A stretch of 64,000 nt of DNA from the human T2T-CHM13v2.0 reference genome, Homo sapiens: assembly GCF_009914755.1 (NCBI RefSeq), contig NC_060928.1; one strand, written 5' to 3'. The notes below the pieces were generated by a model, which did not search any database, was not told the DNA's origin, and saw only the letters and a program-made list of their open reading frames with translations. Position numbers and translations under genes: made by a program. This document shows positions 43,801 through 58,800 of this stretch, piece by piece. Numbering within the stretch: position 1 is the first letter of the stretch; every line of letters begins with the position of its first letter.

Positions 43801-46800
43801 GACATATCACAAAGAACTGTCTGAGAATACTTCTGTCTAGCTTTTATGTGAAGATATTTCCTTTTCCACCGTAGGCTTCAAAGCGCTCCAAATGAACACT
43901 TGCAGATTCTACAAAAAGAATGCTTCTAAACTGCTGTATCAAAGAAAGCGTTCAACTCTGTGAGTTGAATGCACACATCCCAAAGCAGTTTCTGAGAATG
44001 CTTCTGTTTAGTTTTTATGTGAAGATATTTTGCTTTCCACCATAAGCCTTCAAAGCGCTCCAAAGGAACACTTGCAGATTATGCACAGAGAATGCCTCAA
44101 ATCTGCTCTATCAAAAGAAAGGTTGGACTCTGTGAGTTCAATGGACACATCACAAAGCAGTTTCTGAGAATGCTTCTGTCCGGTTTTTCTGTGAAGATAT
44201 TTCCTTTTGCACCCTAGGCTTCAAAGCGCTCCAAATGAACACTTGCAGATTCTAGAAAAAGAATGTTTCAAAACTGCTCTATCAAAGACGGAGTTCAACC
44301 CTTTGACTTCAATGAACACAACACAGAGCAGTTTCTGAGAATGCTTCTGTGTAGTTTTTATCCGAAGATATTTCCTTTTCCACCATAGGCCTCAAATCGC
44401 TCCAAATATCCACTTGTAGATCGTAAGAAAACACTGTTTCAAAACTGCTTTCTCAAAAGGAAGGTTCAACTCTTTGAGTTCAATGCGCACATCACAAGGA
44501 ACTGTCTGAGCAAACTTCCGTCTAGTTTTTATGTGACGATATTACCATTTCCACCGCAGGTTTCGAAGCGCTCCAAAAGAACACTTGCAGATACTGCAAC
44601 AAGAATGTTTCACAACTGCTCTATCAAAGAACGCGTTCACCTCTGTGAGTTGAATGCACACATCCCAAAGCAGTTTCTGAGAATGCTTCTGTGTAGCTTC
44701 CATGTGAAGGTATCTCCTTTTCCACCATAGGCCTCGTATCGCTCCAAATATCCACTTGGGTGATAGTGCAAAAACACTGTTTCAGAACTGCTCTCCCAAA
44801 GGAAGGTTCAACTCTGTGAGTTGAATGCAGACATCACAAAAAAGTTTCTGAGAATGCTTCCGTCCAGTTTGTATGTGCAGATACCCCGTTTACAACGAAT
44901 TCCTCAAGAGCTCCAAATATCCTCAAGCAGATTCTACAAAAGCAGTATTTCAAGACTGCTCTATCAAAAGGAAGGGTGAACTCTGTGAGTTGAATCCACA
45001 CATCCCAAAAAAGTTTCTGAGAATAGTTGTGTCTAGTTTGTATGTGCGGACATCCCGTTTACAGCGAATTCCTCAAAGAGCTCCAAATGTCCTCAGGCAG
45101 ATTCTGCAAAAGCAGTGCTGCAAAACTGCTCTATCGAAAGAAAGGTTGAACTCTGTGAGTTGAGTTCACACATCACAAAAATGTCTCTGACCATGTTCCT
45201 GTCTACCTTGTATGTGCAGATATCCCGTTTACAATGAATTCCTCAAAGACCTACAAATATCCTCAAGCTGATTCTAGAAAAGGATGGTTTCAAAACTGAT
45301 CTATCCAAAAAGACGTTCAACTCTGTGACTTGAATGCACACAACACAAAATTTTCTGAGAATGCTTCAGTCTAGATTGTATGTGGAGATATCTCGTTTGC
45401 CACGAATTCCTCCAAGAGCTCCAAATATCCTGAAGCAGATTCTACCCAAGCAGGGTTTCAGGAATGCTCTATCAAAAGGAAGGTTGAATTCTGTGAGTTG
45501 AATCCACACATCACGAAAAAGTTTCTGGGAATGCTTCTGTCTAATTTGTATGTGCAGATATCCCGATTGCAACGAATTCCTCAAAGAGCTCCAAATATCC
45601 TGAAGCAGATTCTTCAAAAGCAGTATTTCAAGACTGCTCTATCAAAAGGAAGGTTGAACTGTGTGAGTTGAATCCACACATCCCAAAAAAAGTTTCTGAG
45701 AATGCTTCTGTCAATTTTGTGCAGATATCCCGTTGGCAACGAATTCCTGAAAGAGCTCCAAATATCCTCAAGCAGATTCTGCAAAAGCAGGATTTCAAGA
45801 CAGCTCTATCAAAAGGAAAGTTGAACTCTGTGAGTTGAGTTCACACATCCCTAAATGTTTCTGAGAATGCTTCTGTCTAGTTTATATGTGAAGATATTTC
45901 ACTTTCCACCATGAGCCTCTAAGCGCTCCAAATGAACACTTGCAGAGTATGCAGAAAGAATGTTTCCAATCTTCTCTATCAAAGGAAAGATTCAACTCTG
46001 TGAGTTGAATGGACATATCACAAAGAACTGTCTGAGAATACTTCTGTCTAGCTTTTATGTGAAGATATTTCCTTTTCCACCGTAGGCTTCAAAGCGCTCC
46101 AAATGAACACTTGCAGATTCTACAAAAAGAATGCTTCTAAACTGCTGTATCAAAGAAAGCGTTCAACTCTGTGAGTTGAATGCACACATCCCAAAGCAGT
46201 TTCTGAGAATGCTTCTGTTTAGTTTTTATGTGAAGATATTTTGCTTTCCACCATAAGCCTTCAAAGCGCTCCAAAGGAACACTTGCAGATTATGCACAGA
46301 GAATGCCTCAAATCTGCTCTATCAAAAGAAAGGTTGGACTCTGTGAGTTCAATGGACACATCACAAAGCAGTTTCTGAGAATGCTTCTGTCCGGTTTTTC
46401 TGTGAAGATATTTCCTTTTGCACCCTAGGCTTCAAAGCGCTCCAAATGAACACTTGCAGATTCTACAAAAAGAATGTTTCAAAACTGCTCTATCAAAGAC
46501 GGAGTTCAACCCTTTGACTTCAATGAACACAACACAGAGCAGTTTCTGAGAATGCTTCTGTGTAGTTTTTATCCGAAGATATTTCCTTTTCCACCATAGG
46601 CCTCAAATCGCTCCAAATATCCACTTGTAGATCGTAAGAAAACACTGTTTCAAAACTGCTTTCTCAAAAGGAAGGTTCAACTCTTTGAGTTCAATGCGCA
46701 CATCACAAGGAACTGTCTAAGCAAACTTCCGTCTAGTTTTTATGTGACGATATTACCATTTCCACCGCAGGTTTCGAAGCGCTCCAAAAGAACACTTGCA

Positions 46801-49800
46801 GATACTGCAACAAGAATGTTTCACAACTGCTCTATCAAAGAACGCGTTCACCTCTGTGAGTTGAATGCACACATCCCAAAGCAGTTTCTGAGAATGCTTC
46901 TGTGTAGCTTCCATGTGAAGGTATCTCCTTTTCCACCATAGGCCTCGTATCGCTCCAAATATCCACTTGGGTGATAGTGCAAAAACACTGTTTCAGAACT
47001 GCTCTCCCAAAGGAAGGTTCAACTCTGTGAGTTGAATGCAGACATCACAAAAAAGTTTCTGAGAATGCTTCCGTCCAGTTTGTATGTGCAGATACCCCGT
47101 TTACAACGAATTCCTCAAGAGCTCCAAATATCCTCAAGCAGATTCTACAAAAGCAGTATTTCAAGACTGCTCTATCAAAAGGAAGGGTGAACTCTGTGAG
47201 TTGAATCCACACATCCCAAAAAAGTTTCTGAGAATAGTTGTGTCTAGTTTGTATGTGCGGACATCCCGTTTACAGCGAATTCCTCAAAGAGCTCCAAATG
47301 TCCTCAGGCAGATTCTGCAAAAGCAGTGCTGCAAAACTGCTCTATCGAAAGAAAGGTTGAACTCTGTGAGTTGAGTTCACACATCACAAAAATGTCTCTG
47401 ACCATGTTCCTGTCTACCTTGTATGTGCAGATATCCCGTTTACAATGAATTCCTCAAAGACCTACAAATATCCTCAAGCTGATTCTAGAAAAGGATGGTT
47501 TCAAAACTGATCTATCCAAAAAGACGTTCAACTCTGTGACTTGAATGCACACAACACAAAATTTTCTGAGAATGCTTCAGTCTAGATTGTATGTGGAGAT
47601 ATCTCGTTTGCCACGAATTCCTCCAAGAGCTCCAAATATCCTGAAGCAGATTCTACCCAAGCAGGGTTTCAGGAATGCTCTATCAAAAGGAAGGTTGAAT
47701 TCTGTGAGTTGAATCCACACATCACGAAAAAGTTTCTGGGAATGCTTCTGTCTAATTTGTATGTGCAGATATCCCGATTGCAACGAATTCCTCAAAGAGC
47801 TCCAAATATCCTGAAGCAGATTCTTCAAAAGCAGTATTTCAAGACTGCTCTATCAAAAGGAAGGTTGAACTGTGTGAGTTGAATCCACACATCCCAAAAA
47901 AAGTTTCTGAGAATGCTTCTGTCAATTTTGTGCAGATATCCCGTTGGCAACGAATTCCTGAAAGAGCTCCAAATATCCTCAAGCAGATTCTGCAAAAGCA
48001 GGATTTCAAGACAGCTCTATCAAAAGGAAAGTTGAACTCTGTGAGTTGAGTTCACACATCCCTAAATGTTTCTGAGAATGCTTCTGTCTAGTTTATATGT
48101 GAAGATATTTCACTTTCCACCATGAGCCTCTAAGCGCTCCAAATGAACACTTGCAGAGTATGCAGAAAGAACGTTTCCAATCTTCTCTATCAAAGGAAAG
48201 ATTCAACTCTGTGAGTTGAATGGACATATCACAAAGAACTGTCTGAGAATACTTCTGTCTAGCTTTTATGTGAAGATATTTCCTTTTCCACCGTAGGCTT
48301 CAAAGCGCTCCAAATGAACACTTGCAGATTCTACAAAAAGAATGCTTCTAAACTGCTGTATCAAAGAAAGCGTTCAACTCTGTGAGTTGAATGCACACAT
48401 CCCAAAGCAGTTTCTGAGAATGCTTCTGTTTAGTTTTTATGTGAAGATATTTTGCTTTCCACCATAAGCCTTCAAAGCGCTCCAAAGGAACACTTGCAGA
48501 TTATGCACAGAGAATGCCTCAAATCTGCTCTATCAAAAGAAAGGTTGGACTCTGTGAGTTCAATGGACACATCACAAAGCAGTTTCTGAGAATGCTTCTG
48601 TCCGGTTTTTCTGTGAAGATATTTCCTTTTGCACCCTAGGCTTCAAAGCGCTCCAAATGAACACTTGCAGATTCTACAAAAAGAATGTTTCAAAACTGCT
48701 CTATCAAAGACGGAGTTCAACCCTTTGACTTCAATGAACACAACACAGAGCAGTTTCTGAGAATGCTTCTGTGTAGTTTTTATCCGAAGATATTTCCTTT
48801 TCCACCATAGGCCTCAAATCGCTCCAAATATCCACTTGTAGATCGTAAGAAAACACTGTTTCAAAACTGCTTTCTCAAAAGGAAGGTTCAACTCTTTGAG
48901 TTCAATGCGCACATCACAAGGAACTGTCTGAGCAAACTTCCGTCTAGTTTTTATGTGACGATATTACCATTTCCACTGCAGGTTTCGAAGCGCTCCAAAA
49001 GAACACTTGCAGATACTGCAACAAGAATGTTTCACAACTGCTCTATCAAAGAATGCGTTCACCTCTGTGAGTTGAATGCACACATCCCAAAGCAGTTTCT
49101 GAGAATGCTTCTGTGTAGCTTCCATGTGAAGGTATCTCCTTTTCCACCATAGGCCTCGTATCGCTCCAAATATCCACTTGGGTGATAGTGCAAAAACACT
49201 GTTTCAGAACTGCTCTCCCAAAGGAAGGTTCAACTCTGTGAGTTGAATGCAGACATCACAAAAAAGTTTCTGAGAATGCTTCCGTCCAGTTTGTATGTGC
49301 AGATACCCCGTTTACAACGAATTCCTCAAGAGTTCCAAATATCCTCAAGCAGATTCTACAAAAGCAGTATTTCAAGACTGCTCTATCAAAAGGAAGGGTG
49401 AACTCTGTGAGTTGAATCCACACATCCCAAAAAAGTTTCTGAGAATAGTTGTGTCTAGTTTGTATGTGCGGACATCCCGTTTACAGCGAATTCCTCAAAG
49501 AGCTCCAAATGTCCTCAGGCAGATTCTGTAAAAGCAGTGCTGCAAAACTGCTCTATCGAAAGAAAGGTTGAACTCTGTGAGTTGAGTTCACACATCACAA
49601 AAAAGTCTCTGACCATGTTCCTGTCTACCTTGTATGTGCAGATATCCCGTTTACAATGAATTCCTCAAAGACCTACAAATATCCTCAAGCTGATTCTAGA
49701 AAAGGATGGTTTCAAAACTGATCTATCCAAAAAGACGTTCAACTCTGTGACTTGAATGCACACAACACAAAATTTTCTGAGAATGCTTCTGTCTAGATTG

Positions 49801-52800
49801 TATGTGGAGATATCTCGTTTGCCACGAATTCCTCCAAGAGCTCCAAATATCCTCAAGCAGATTCTACCCAAGCAGGGTTTCAGGAATGCTCTATCAAAAG
49901 GAAGGTTGAATTCTGTGAGTTGAATCCACACATCACGAAAAAGTTTCTGGGAATGCTTCTGTCTAATTTGTATGTGCAGATATCCCGATTGCAACGAATT
50001 CCTCAAAGAGCTCCAAATATCCTGAAGCAGATTCTTCAAAAGCAGTATTTCAAGACTGCTCTATCAAAAGGAAGGTTGAACTGTGTGAGTTGAATCCACA
50101 CATCCCAAAAAAAGTTTCTGAGAATGCTTCTGTCAATTTTGTGCAGATATCCCGTTGGCAACGAATTCCTGAAAGAGCTCCAAATATCCTCAAGCAGATT
50201 CTGCAAAAGCAGGATTTCAAGACAGCTCTATCAAAAGGAAAGTTGAACTCTGTGAGTTGAGTTCACACATCCCTAAATGTTTCTGAGAATGCTTCTGTCT
50301 AGTTTATATGTGAAGATATTTCACTTTCCACCATGAGCCTCTAAGCGCTCCAAATGAACACTTGCAGAGTATGCAGAAAGAATGTTTCCAATCTTCTCTA
50401 TCAAAGGAAAGATTCAACTCTGTGAGTTGAATGGACATATCACAAAGAACTGTCTGAGAATACTTCTGTCTAGCTTTTATGTGAAGATATTTCCTTTTCC
50501 ACCGTAGGCTTCAAAGCGCTCCAAATGAACACTTGCAGATTCTACAAAAAGAATGCTTCTAAACTGCTGTATCAAAGAAAGCGTTCAACTCTGTGAGTTG
50601 AATGCACACATCCCAAAGCAGTTTCTGAGAATGCTTCTGTTTAGTTTTTATGTGAAGATATTTTGCTTTCCACCATAAGCCTTCAAAGCGCTCCAAAGGA
50701 ACACTTGCAGATTATGCACAGAGAATGCCTCAAATCTGCTCTATCAAAAGAAAGGTTGGACTCTGTGAGTTCAATGGACACATCACAAAGCAGTTTCTGA
50801 GAATGCTTCTGTCCGGTTTTTCTGTGAAGATATTTCCTTTTGCACCCTAGGCTTCAAAGCGCTCCAAATGAACACTTGCAGATTCTAGAAAAAGAATGTT
50901 TCAAAACTGCTCTATCAAAGACGGAGTTCAACCCTTTGACTTCAATGAACACAACACAGAGCAGTTTCTGAGAATGCTTCTGTGTAGTTTTTATCCGAAG
51001 ATATTTCCTTTTCCACCATAGGCCTCAAATCGCTCCAAATATCCACTTGTAGATCGTAAGAAAACACTGTTTCAAAACTGCTTTCTCAAAAGGAAGGTTC
51101 AACTCTTTGAGTTCAATGCGCACATCACAAGGAACTGTCTGAGCAAACTTCCGTCTAGTTTTTATGTGACGATATTACCATTTCCACCGCAGGTTTCGAA
51201 GCGCTCCAAAAGAACACTTGCAGATACTGCAACAAGAATGTTTCACAACTGCTCTATCAAAGAACGCGTTCACCTCTGTGAGTTGAATGCACACATCCCA
51301 AAGCAGTTTCTGAGAATGCTTCTGTGTAGCTTCCATGTGAAGGTATCTCCTTTTCCACCATAGGCCTCGTATCGCTCCAAATATCCACTTGGGTGATAGT
51401 GCAAAAACACTGTTTCAGAACTGCTCTCCCAAAGGAAGGTTCAACTCTGTGAGTTGAATGCAGACATCACAAAAAAGTTTCTGAGAATGCTTCCGTCCAG
51501 TTTGTATGTGCAGATACCCCGTTTACAACGAATTCCTCAAGAGCTCCAAATATCCTCAAGCAGATTCTACAAAAGCAGTATTTCAAGACTGCTCTATCAA
51601 AAGGAAGGGTGAACTCTGTGAGTTGAATCCACACATCCCAAAAAAGTTTCTGAGAATAGTTGTGTCTAGTTTGTATGTGCGGACATCCCGTTTACAGCGA
51701 ATTCCTCAAAGAGCTCCAAATGTCCTCAGGCAGATTCTGCAAAAGCAGTGCTGCAAAACTGCTCTATCGAAAGAAAGGTTGAACTCTGTGAGTTGAGTTC
51801 ACACATCACAAAAATGTCTCTGACCATGTTCCTGTCTACCTTGTATGTGCAGATATCCCGTTTACAATGAATTCCTCAAAGACCTACAAATATCCTCAAG
51901 CTGATTCTAGAAAAGGATGGTTTCAAAACTGATCTATCCAAAAAGACGTTCAACTCTGTGACTTGAATGCACACAACACAAAATTTTCTGAGAATGCTTC
52001 AGTCTAGATTGTATGTGGAGATATCTCGTTTGCCACGAATTCCTCCAAGAGCTCCAAATATCCTGAAGCAGATTCTACCCAAGCAGGGTTTCAGGAATGC
52101 TCTATCAAAAGGAAGGTTGAATTCTGTGAGTTGAATCCACACATCACGAAAAAGTTTCTGGGAATGCTTCTGTCTAATTTGTATGTGCAGATATCCCGAT
52201 TGCAACGAATTCCTCAAAGAGCTCCAAATATCCTGAAGCAGATTCTTCAAAAGCAGTATTTCAAGACTGCTCTATCAAAAGGAAGGTTGAACTGTGTGAG
52301 TTGAATCCACACATCCCAAAAAAAGTTTCTGAGAATGCTTCTGTCAATTTTGTGCAGATATCCCGTTGGCAACGAATTCCTGAAAGAGCTCCAAATATCC
52401 TCAAGCAGATTCTGCAAAAGCAGGATTTCAAGACAGCTCTATCAAAAGGAAAGTTGAACTCTGTGAGTTGAGTTCACACATCCCTAAATGTTTCTGAGAA
52501 TGCTTCTGTCTAGTTTATATGTGAAGATATTTCACTTTCCACCATGAGCCTCTAAGCGCTCCAAATGAACACTTGCAGAGTATGCAGAAAGAATGTTTCC
52601 AATCTTCTCTATCAAAGGAAAGATTCAACTCTGTGAGTTGAATGGACATATCACAAAGAACTGTCTGAGAATACTTCTGTCTAGCTTTTATGTGAAGATA
52701 TTTCCTTTTCCACCGTAGGCTTCAAAGCGCTCCAAATGAACACTTGCAGATTCTACAAAAAGAATGCTTCTAAACTGCTGTATCAAAGAAAGCGTTCAAC

Positions 52801-55800
52801 TCTGTGAGTTGAATGCACACATCCCAAAGCAGTTTCTGAGAATGCTTCTGTTTAGTTTTTATGTGAAGATATTTTGCTTTCCACCATAAGCCTTCAAAGC
52901 GCTCCAAAGGAACACTTGCAGATTATGCACAGAGAATGCCTCAAATCTGCTCTATCAAAAGAAAGGTTGGACTCTGTGAGTTCAATGGACACATCACAAA
53001 GCAGTTTCTGAGAATGCTTCTGTCCGGTTTTTCTGTGAAGATATTTCCTTTTGCACCCTAGGCTTCAAAGCGCTCCAAATGAACACTTGCAGATTCTACA
53101 AAAAGAATGTTTCAAAACTGCTCTATCAAAGACGGAGTTCAACCCTTTGACTTCAATGAACACAACACAGAGCAGTTTCTGAGAATGCTTCTGTGTAGTT
53201 TTTATCCGAAGATATTTCCTTTTCCACCATAGGCCTCAAATCGCTCCAAATATCCACTTGTAGATCGTAAGAAAACACTGTTTCAAAACTGCTTTCTCAA
53301 AAGGAAGGTTCAACTCTTTGAGTTCAATGCGCACATCACAAGGAACTGTCTGAGCAAACTTCCGTCTAGTTTTTATGTGACGATATTACCATTTCCACCG
53401 CAGGTTTCGAAGCGCTCCAAAAGAACACTTGCAGATACTGCAACAAGAATGTTTCACAACTGCTCTATCAAAGAACGCGTTCACCTCTGTGAGTTGAATG
53501 CACACATCCCAAAGCAGTTTCTGAGAATGCTTCTGTGTAGCTTCCATGTGAAGGTATCTCCTTTTCCACCATAGGCCTCGTATCGCTCCAAATATCCACT
53601 TGGGTGATAGTGCAAAAACACTGTTTCAGAACTGCTCTCCCAAAGGAAGGTTCAACTCTGTGAGTTGAATGCAGACATCACAAAAAAGTTTCTGAGAATG
53701 CTTCCGTCCAGTTTGTATGTGCAGATACCCCGTTTACAACGAATTCCTCAAGAGCTCCAAATATCCTCAAGCAGATTCTACAAAAGCAGTATTTCAAGAC
53801 TGCTCTATCAAAAGGAAGGGTGAACTCTGTGAGTTGAATCCACACATCCCAAAAAAGTTTCTGAGAATAGTTGTGTCTAGTTTGTATGTGCGGACATCCC
53901 GTTTACAGCGAATTCCTCAAAGAGCTCCAAATGTCCTCAGGCAGATTCTGCAAAAGCAGTGCTGCAAAACTGCTCTATCGAAAGAAAGGTTGAACTCTGT
54001 GAGTTGAGTTCACACATCACAAAAATGTCTCTGACCATGTTCCTGTCTACCTTGTATGTGCAGATATCCCGTTTACAATGAATTCCTCAAAGACCTACAA
54101 ATATCCTCAAGCTGATTCTAGAAAAGGATGGTTTCAAAACTGATCTATCCAAAAAGACGTTCAACTCTGTGACTTGAATGCACACAACACAAAATTTTCT
54201 GAGAATGCTTCAGTCTAGATTGTATGTGGAGATATCTCGTTTGCCACGAATTCCTCCAAGAGCTCCAAATATCCTGAAGCAGATTCTACCCAAGCAGGGT
54301 TTCAGGAATGCTCTATCAAAAGGAAGGTTGAATTCTGTGAGTTGAATCCACACATCACGAAAAAGTTTCTGGGAATGCTTCTGTCTAATTTGTATGTGCA
54401 GATATCCCGATTGCAACGAATTCCTCAAAGAGCTCCAAATATCCTGAAGCAGATTCTTCAAAAGCAGTATTTCAAGACTGCTCTATCAAAAGGAAGGTTG
54501 AACTGTGTGAGTTGAATCCACACATCCCAAAAAAAGTTTCTGAGAATGCTTCTGTCAATTTTGTGCAGATATCCCGTTGGCAACGAATTCCTGAAAGAGC
54601 TCCAAATATCCTCAAGCAGATTCTGCAAAAGCAGGATTTCAAGACAGCTCTATCAAAAGGAAAGTTGAACTCTGTGAGTTGAGTTCACACATCCCTAAAT
54701 GTTTCTGAGAATGCTTCTGTCTAGTTTATATGTGAAGATATTTCACTTTCCACCATGAGCCTCTAAGCGCTCCAAATGAACACTTGCAGAGTATGCAGAA
54801 AGAACGTTTCCAATCTTCTCTATCAAAGGAAAGATTCAACTCTGTGAGTTGAATGGACATATCACAAAGAACTGTCTGAGAATACTTCTGTCTAGCTTTT
54901 ATGTGAAGATATTTCCTTTTCCACCGTAGGCTTCAAAGCGCTCCAAATGAACACTTGCAGATTCTACAAAAAGAATGCTTCTAAACTGCTGTATCAAAGA
55001 AAGCGTTCAACTCTGTGAGTTGAATGCACACATCCCAAAGCAGTTTCTGAGAATGCTTCTGTTTAGTTTTTATGTGAAGATATTTTGCTTTCCACCATAA
55101 GCCTTCAAAGCGCTCCAAAGGAACACTTGCAGATTATGCACAGAGAATGCCTCAAATCTGCTCTATCAAAAGAAAGGTTGGACTCTGTGAGTTCAATGGA
55201 CACATCACAAAGCAGTTTCTGAGAATGCTTCTGTCCGGTTTTTCTGTGAAGATATTTCCTTTTGCACCCTAGGCTTCAAAGCGCTCCAAATGAACACTTG
55301 CAGATTCTACAAAAAGAATGTTTCAAAACTGCTCTATCAAAGACGGAGTTCAACCCTTTGACTTCAATGAACACAACACAGAGCAGTTTCTGAGAATGCT
55401 TCTGTGTAGTTTTTATCCGAAGATATTTCCTTTTCCACCATAGGCCTCAAATCGCTCCAAATATCCACTTGTAGATCGTAAGAAAACACTGTTTCAAAAC
55501 TGCTTTCTCAAAAGGAAGGTTCAACTCTTTGAGTTCAATGCGCACATCACAAGGAACTGTCTGAGCAAACTTCCGTCTAGTTTTTATGTGACGATATTAC
55601 CATTTCCACCGCAGGTTTCGAAGCGCTCCAAAAGAACACTTGCAGATACTGCAACAAGAATGTTTCACAACTGCTCTATCAAAGAACGCGTTCACCTCTG
55701 TGAGTTGAATGCACACATCCCAAAGCAGTTTCTGAGAATGCTTCTGTGTAGCTTCCATGTGAAGGTATCTCCTTTTCCACCATAGGCCTCGTATCGCTCC

Positions 55801-58800
55801 AAATATCCACTTGGGTGATAGTGCAAAAACACTGTTTCAGAACTGCTCTCCCAAAGGAAGGTGCAACTCTGTGAGTTGAATGCAGACATCACAAAAAAGT
55901 TTCTGAGAATGCTTCCGTCCAGTTTGTATGTGCAGATACCCCGTTTACAACGAATTCCTCAAGAGTTCCAAATATCCTCAAGCAGATTCTACAAAAGCAG
56001 TATTTCAAGACTGCTCTATCAAAAGGAAGGGTGAACTCTGTGAGTTGAATCCACACATCCCAAAAAAGTTTCTGAGAATAGTTGTGTCTAGTTTGTATGT
56101 GCGGACATCCCGTTTACAGCGAATTCCTCAAAGAGCTCCAAATGTCCTCAGGCAGATTCTGTAAAAGCAGTGCTGCAAAACTGCTCTATCGAAAGAAAGG
56201 TTGAACTCTGTGAGTTGAGTTCACACATCACAAAAATGTCTCTGACCATGTTCCTGTCTACCTTGTATGTGCAGATATCCCGTTTACAATGAATTCCTCA
56301 AAGACCTACAAATATCCTCAAGCTGATTCTAGAAAAGGATGGTTTCAAAACTGATCTATCCAAAAAGACGTTCAACTCTGTGACTTGAATGCACACAACA
56401 CAAAATTTTCTGAGAATGCTTCTGTCTAGATTGTATGTGGAGATATCTCGTTTGCCACGAATTCCTCCAAGAGCTCCAAATATCCTCAAGCAGATTCTAC
56501 CCAAGCAGGGTTTCAGGAATGCTCTATCAAAAGGAAGGTTGAATTCTGTGAGTTGAATCCACACATCACGAAAAAGTTTCTGGGAATGCTTCTGTCTAAT
56601 TTGTATGTGCAGATATCCCGATTGCAACGAATTCCTCAAAGAGCTCCAAATATCCTGAAGCAGATTCTTCAAAAGCAGTATTTCAAGACTGCTCTATCAA
56701 AAGGAAGGTTGAACTGTGTGAGTTGAATCCACACATCCCAAAAAAAGTTTCTGAGAATGCTTCTGTCAATTTTGTGCAGATATCCCGTTGGCAACGAATT
56801 CCTGAAAGAGCTCCAAATATCCTCAAGCAGATTCTGCAAAAGCAGGATTTCAAGACAGCTCTATCAAAAGGAAAGTTGAACTCTGTGAGTTGAGTTCACA
56901 CATCCCTAAATGTTTCTGAGAATGCTTCTGTCTAGTTTATATGTGAAGATATTTCACTTTCCACCATGAGCCTCTAAGCGCTCCAAATGAACACTTGCAG
57001 AGTATGCAGAAAGAACGTTTCCAATCTTCTCTATCAAAGGAAAGATTCAACTCTGTGAGTTGAATGGACATATCACAAAGAACTGTCTGAGAATACTTCT
57101 GTCTAGCTTTTATGTGAAGATATTTCCTTTTCCACCGTAGGCTTCAAAGCGCTCCAAATGAACACTTGCAGATTCTACAAAAAGAATGCTTCTAAACTGC
57201 TGTATCAAAGAAAGCGTTCAACTCTGTGAGTTGAATGCACACATCCCAAAGCAGTTTCTGAGAATGCTTCTGTTTAGTTTTTATGTGAAGATATTTTGCT
57301 TTCCACCATAAGCCTTCAAAGCGCTCCAAAGGAACACTTGCAGATTATGCACAGAGAATGCCTCAAATCTGCTCTATCAAAAGAAAGGTTGGACTCTGTG
57401 AGTTCAATGGACACATCACAAAGCAGTTTCTGAGAATGCTTCTGTCCGGTTTTTCTGTGAAGATATTTCCTTTTGCACCCTAGGCTTCAAAGCGCTCCAA
57501 ATGAACACTTGCAGATTCTACAAAAAGAATGTTTCAAAACTGCTCTATCAAAGACGGAGTTCAACCCTTTGACTTCAATGAACACAACACAGAGCAGTTT
57601 CTGAGAATGCTTCTGTGTAGTTTTTATCCGAAGATATTTCCTTTTCCACCATAGGCCTCAAATCGCTCCAAATATCCACTTGTAGATCGTAAGAAAACAC
57701 TGTTTCAAAACTGCTTTCTCAAAAGGAAGGTTCAACTCTTTGAGTTCAATGCGCACATCACAAGGAACTGTCTGAGCAAACTTCCGTCTAGTTTTTATGT
57801 GACGATATTACCATTTCCACCGCAGGTTTCGAAGCGCTCCAAAAGAACACTTGCAGATACTGCAACAAGAATGTTTCACAACTGCTCTATCAAAGAAAGC
57901 GTTCACCTCTGTGAGTTGAATGCACACATCCCAAAGCAGTTTCTGAGAATGCTTCTGTGTAGCTTCCATGTGAAGGTATCTCCTTTTCCACCATAGGCCT
58001 CGTATCGCTCCAAATATCCACTTGGGTGATAGTGCAAAAACACTGTTTCAGAACTGCTCTCCCAAAGGAAGGTTCAACTCTGTGAGTTGAATGCAGACAT
58101 CACAAAAAAGTTTCTGAGAATGCTTCCGTCCAGTTTGTATGTGCAGATACCCCGTTTACAACGAATTCCTCAAGAGCTCCAAATATCCTCAAGCAGATTC
58201 TACAAAAGCAGTATTTCAAGACTGCTCTATCAAAAGGAAGGGTGAACTCTGTGAGTTGAATCCACACATCCCAAAAAAGTTTCTGAGAATAGTTGTGTCT
58301 AGTTTGTATGTGCGGACATCCCGTTTACAGCGAATTCCTCAAAGAGCTCCAAATGTCCTCAGGCAGATTCTGCAAAAGCAGTGCTGCAAAACTGCTCTAT
58401 CGAAAGAAAGGTTGAACTCTGTGAGTTGAGTTCACACATCACAAAAATGTCTCTGACCATGTTCCTGTCTACCTTGTATGTGCAGATATCCCGTTTACAA
58501 TGAATTCCTCAAAGACCTACAAATATCCTCAAGCTGATTCTAGAAAAGGATGGTTTCAAAACTGATCTATCCAAAAAGACGTTCAACTCTGTGACTTGAA
58601 TGCACACAACACAAAATTTTCTGAGAATGCTTCAGTCTAGATTGTATGTGGAGATATCTCGTTTGCCACGAATTCCTCCAAGAGCTCCAAATATCCTGAA
58701 GCAGATTCTACCCAAGCAGGGTTTCAGGAATGCTCTATCAAAAGGAAGGTTGAATTCTGTGAGTTGAATCCACACATCACGAAAAAGTTTCTGGGAATGC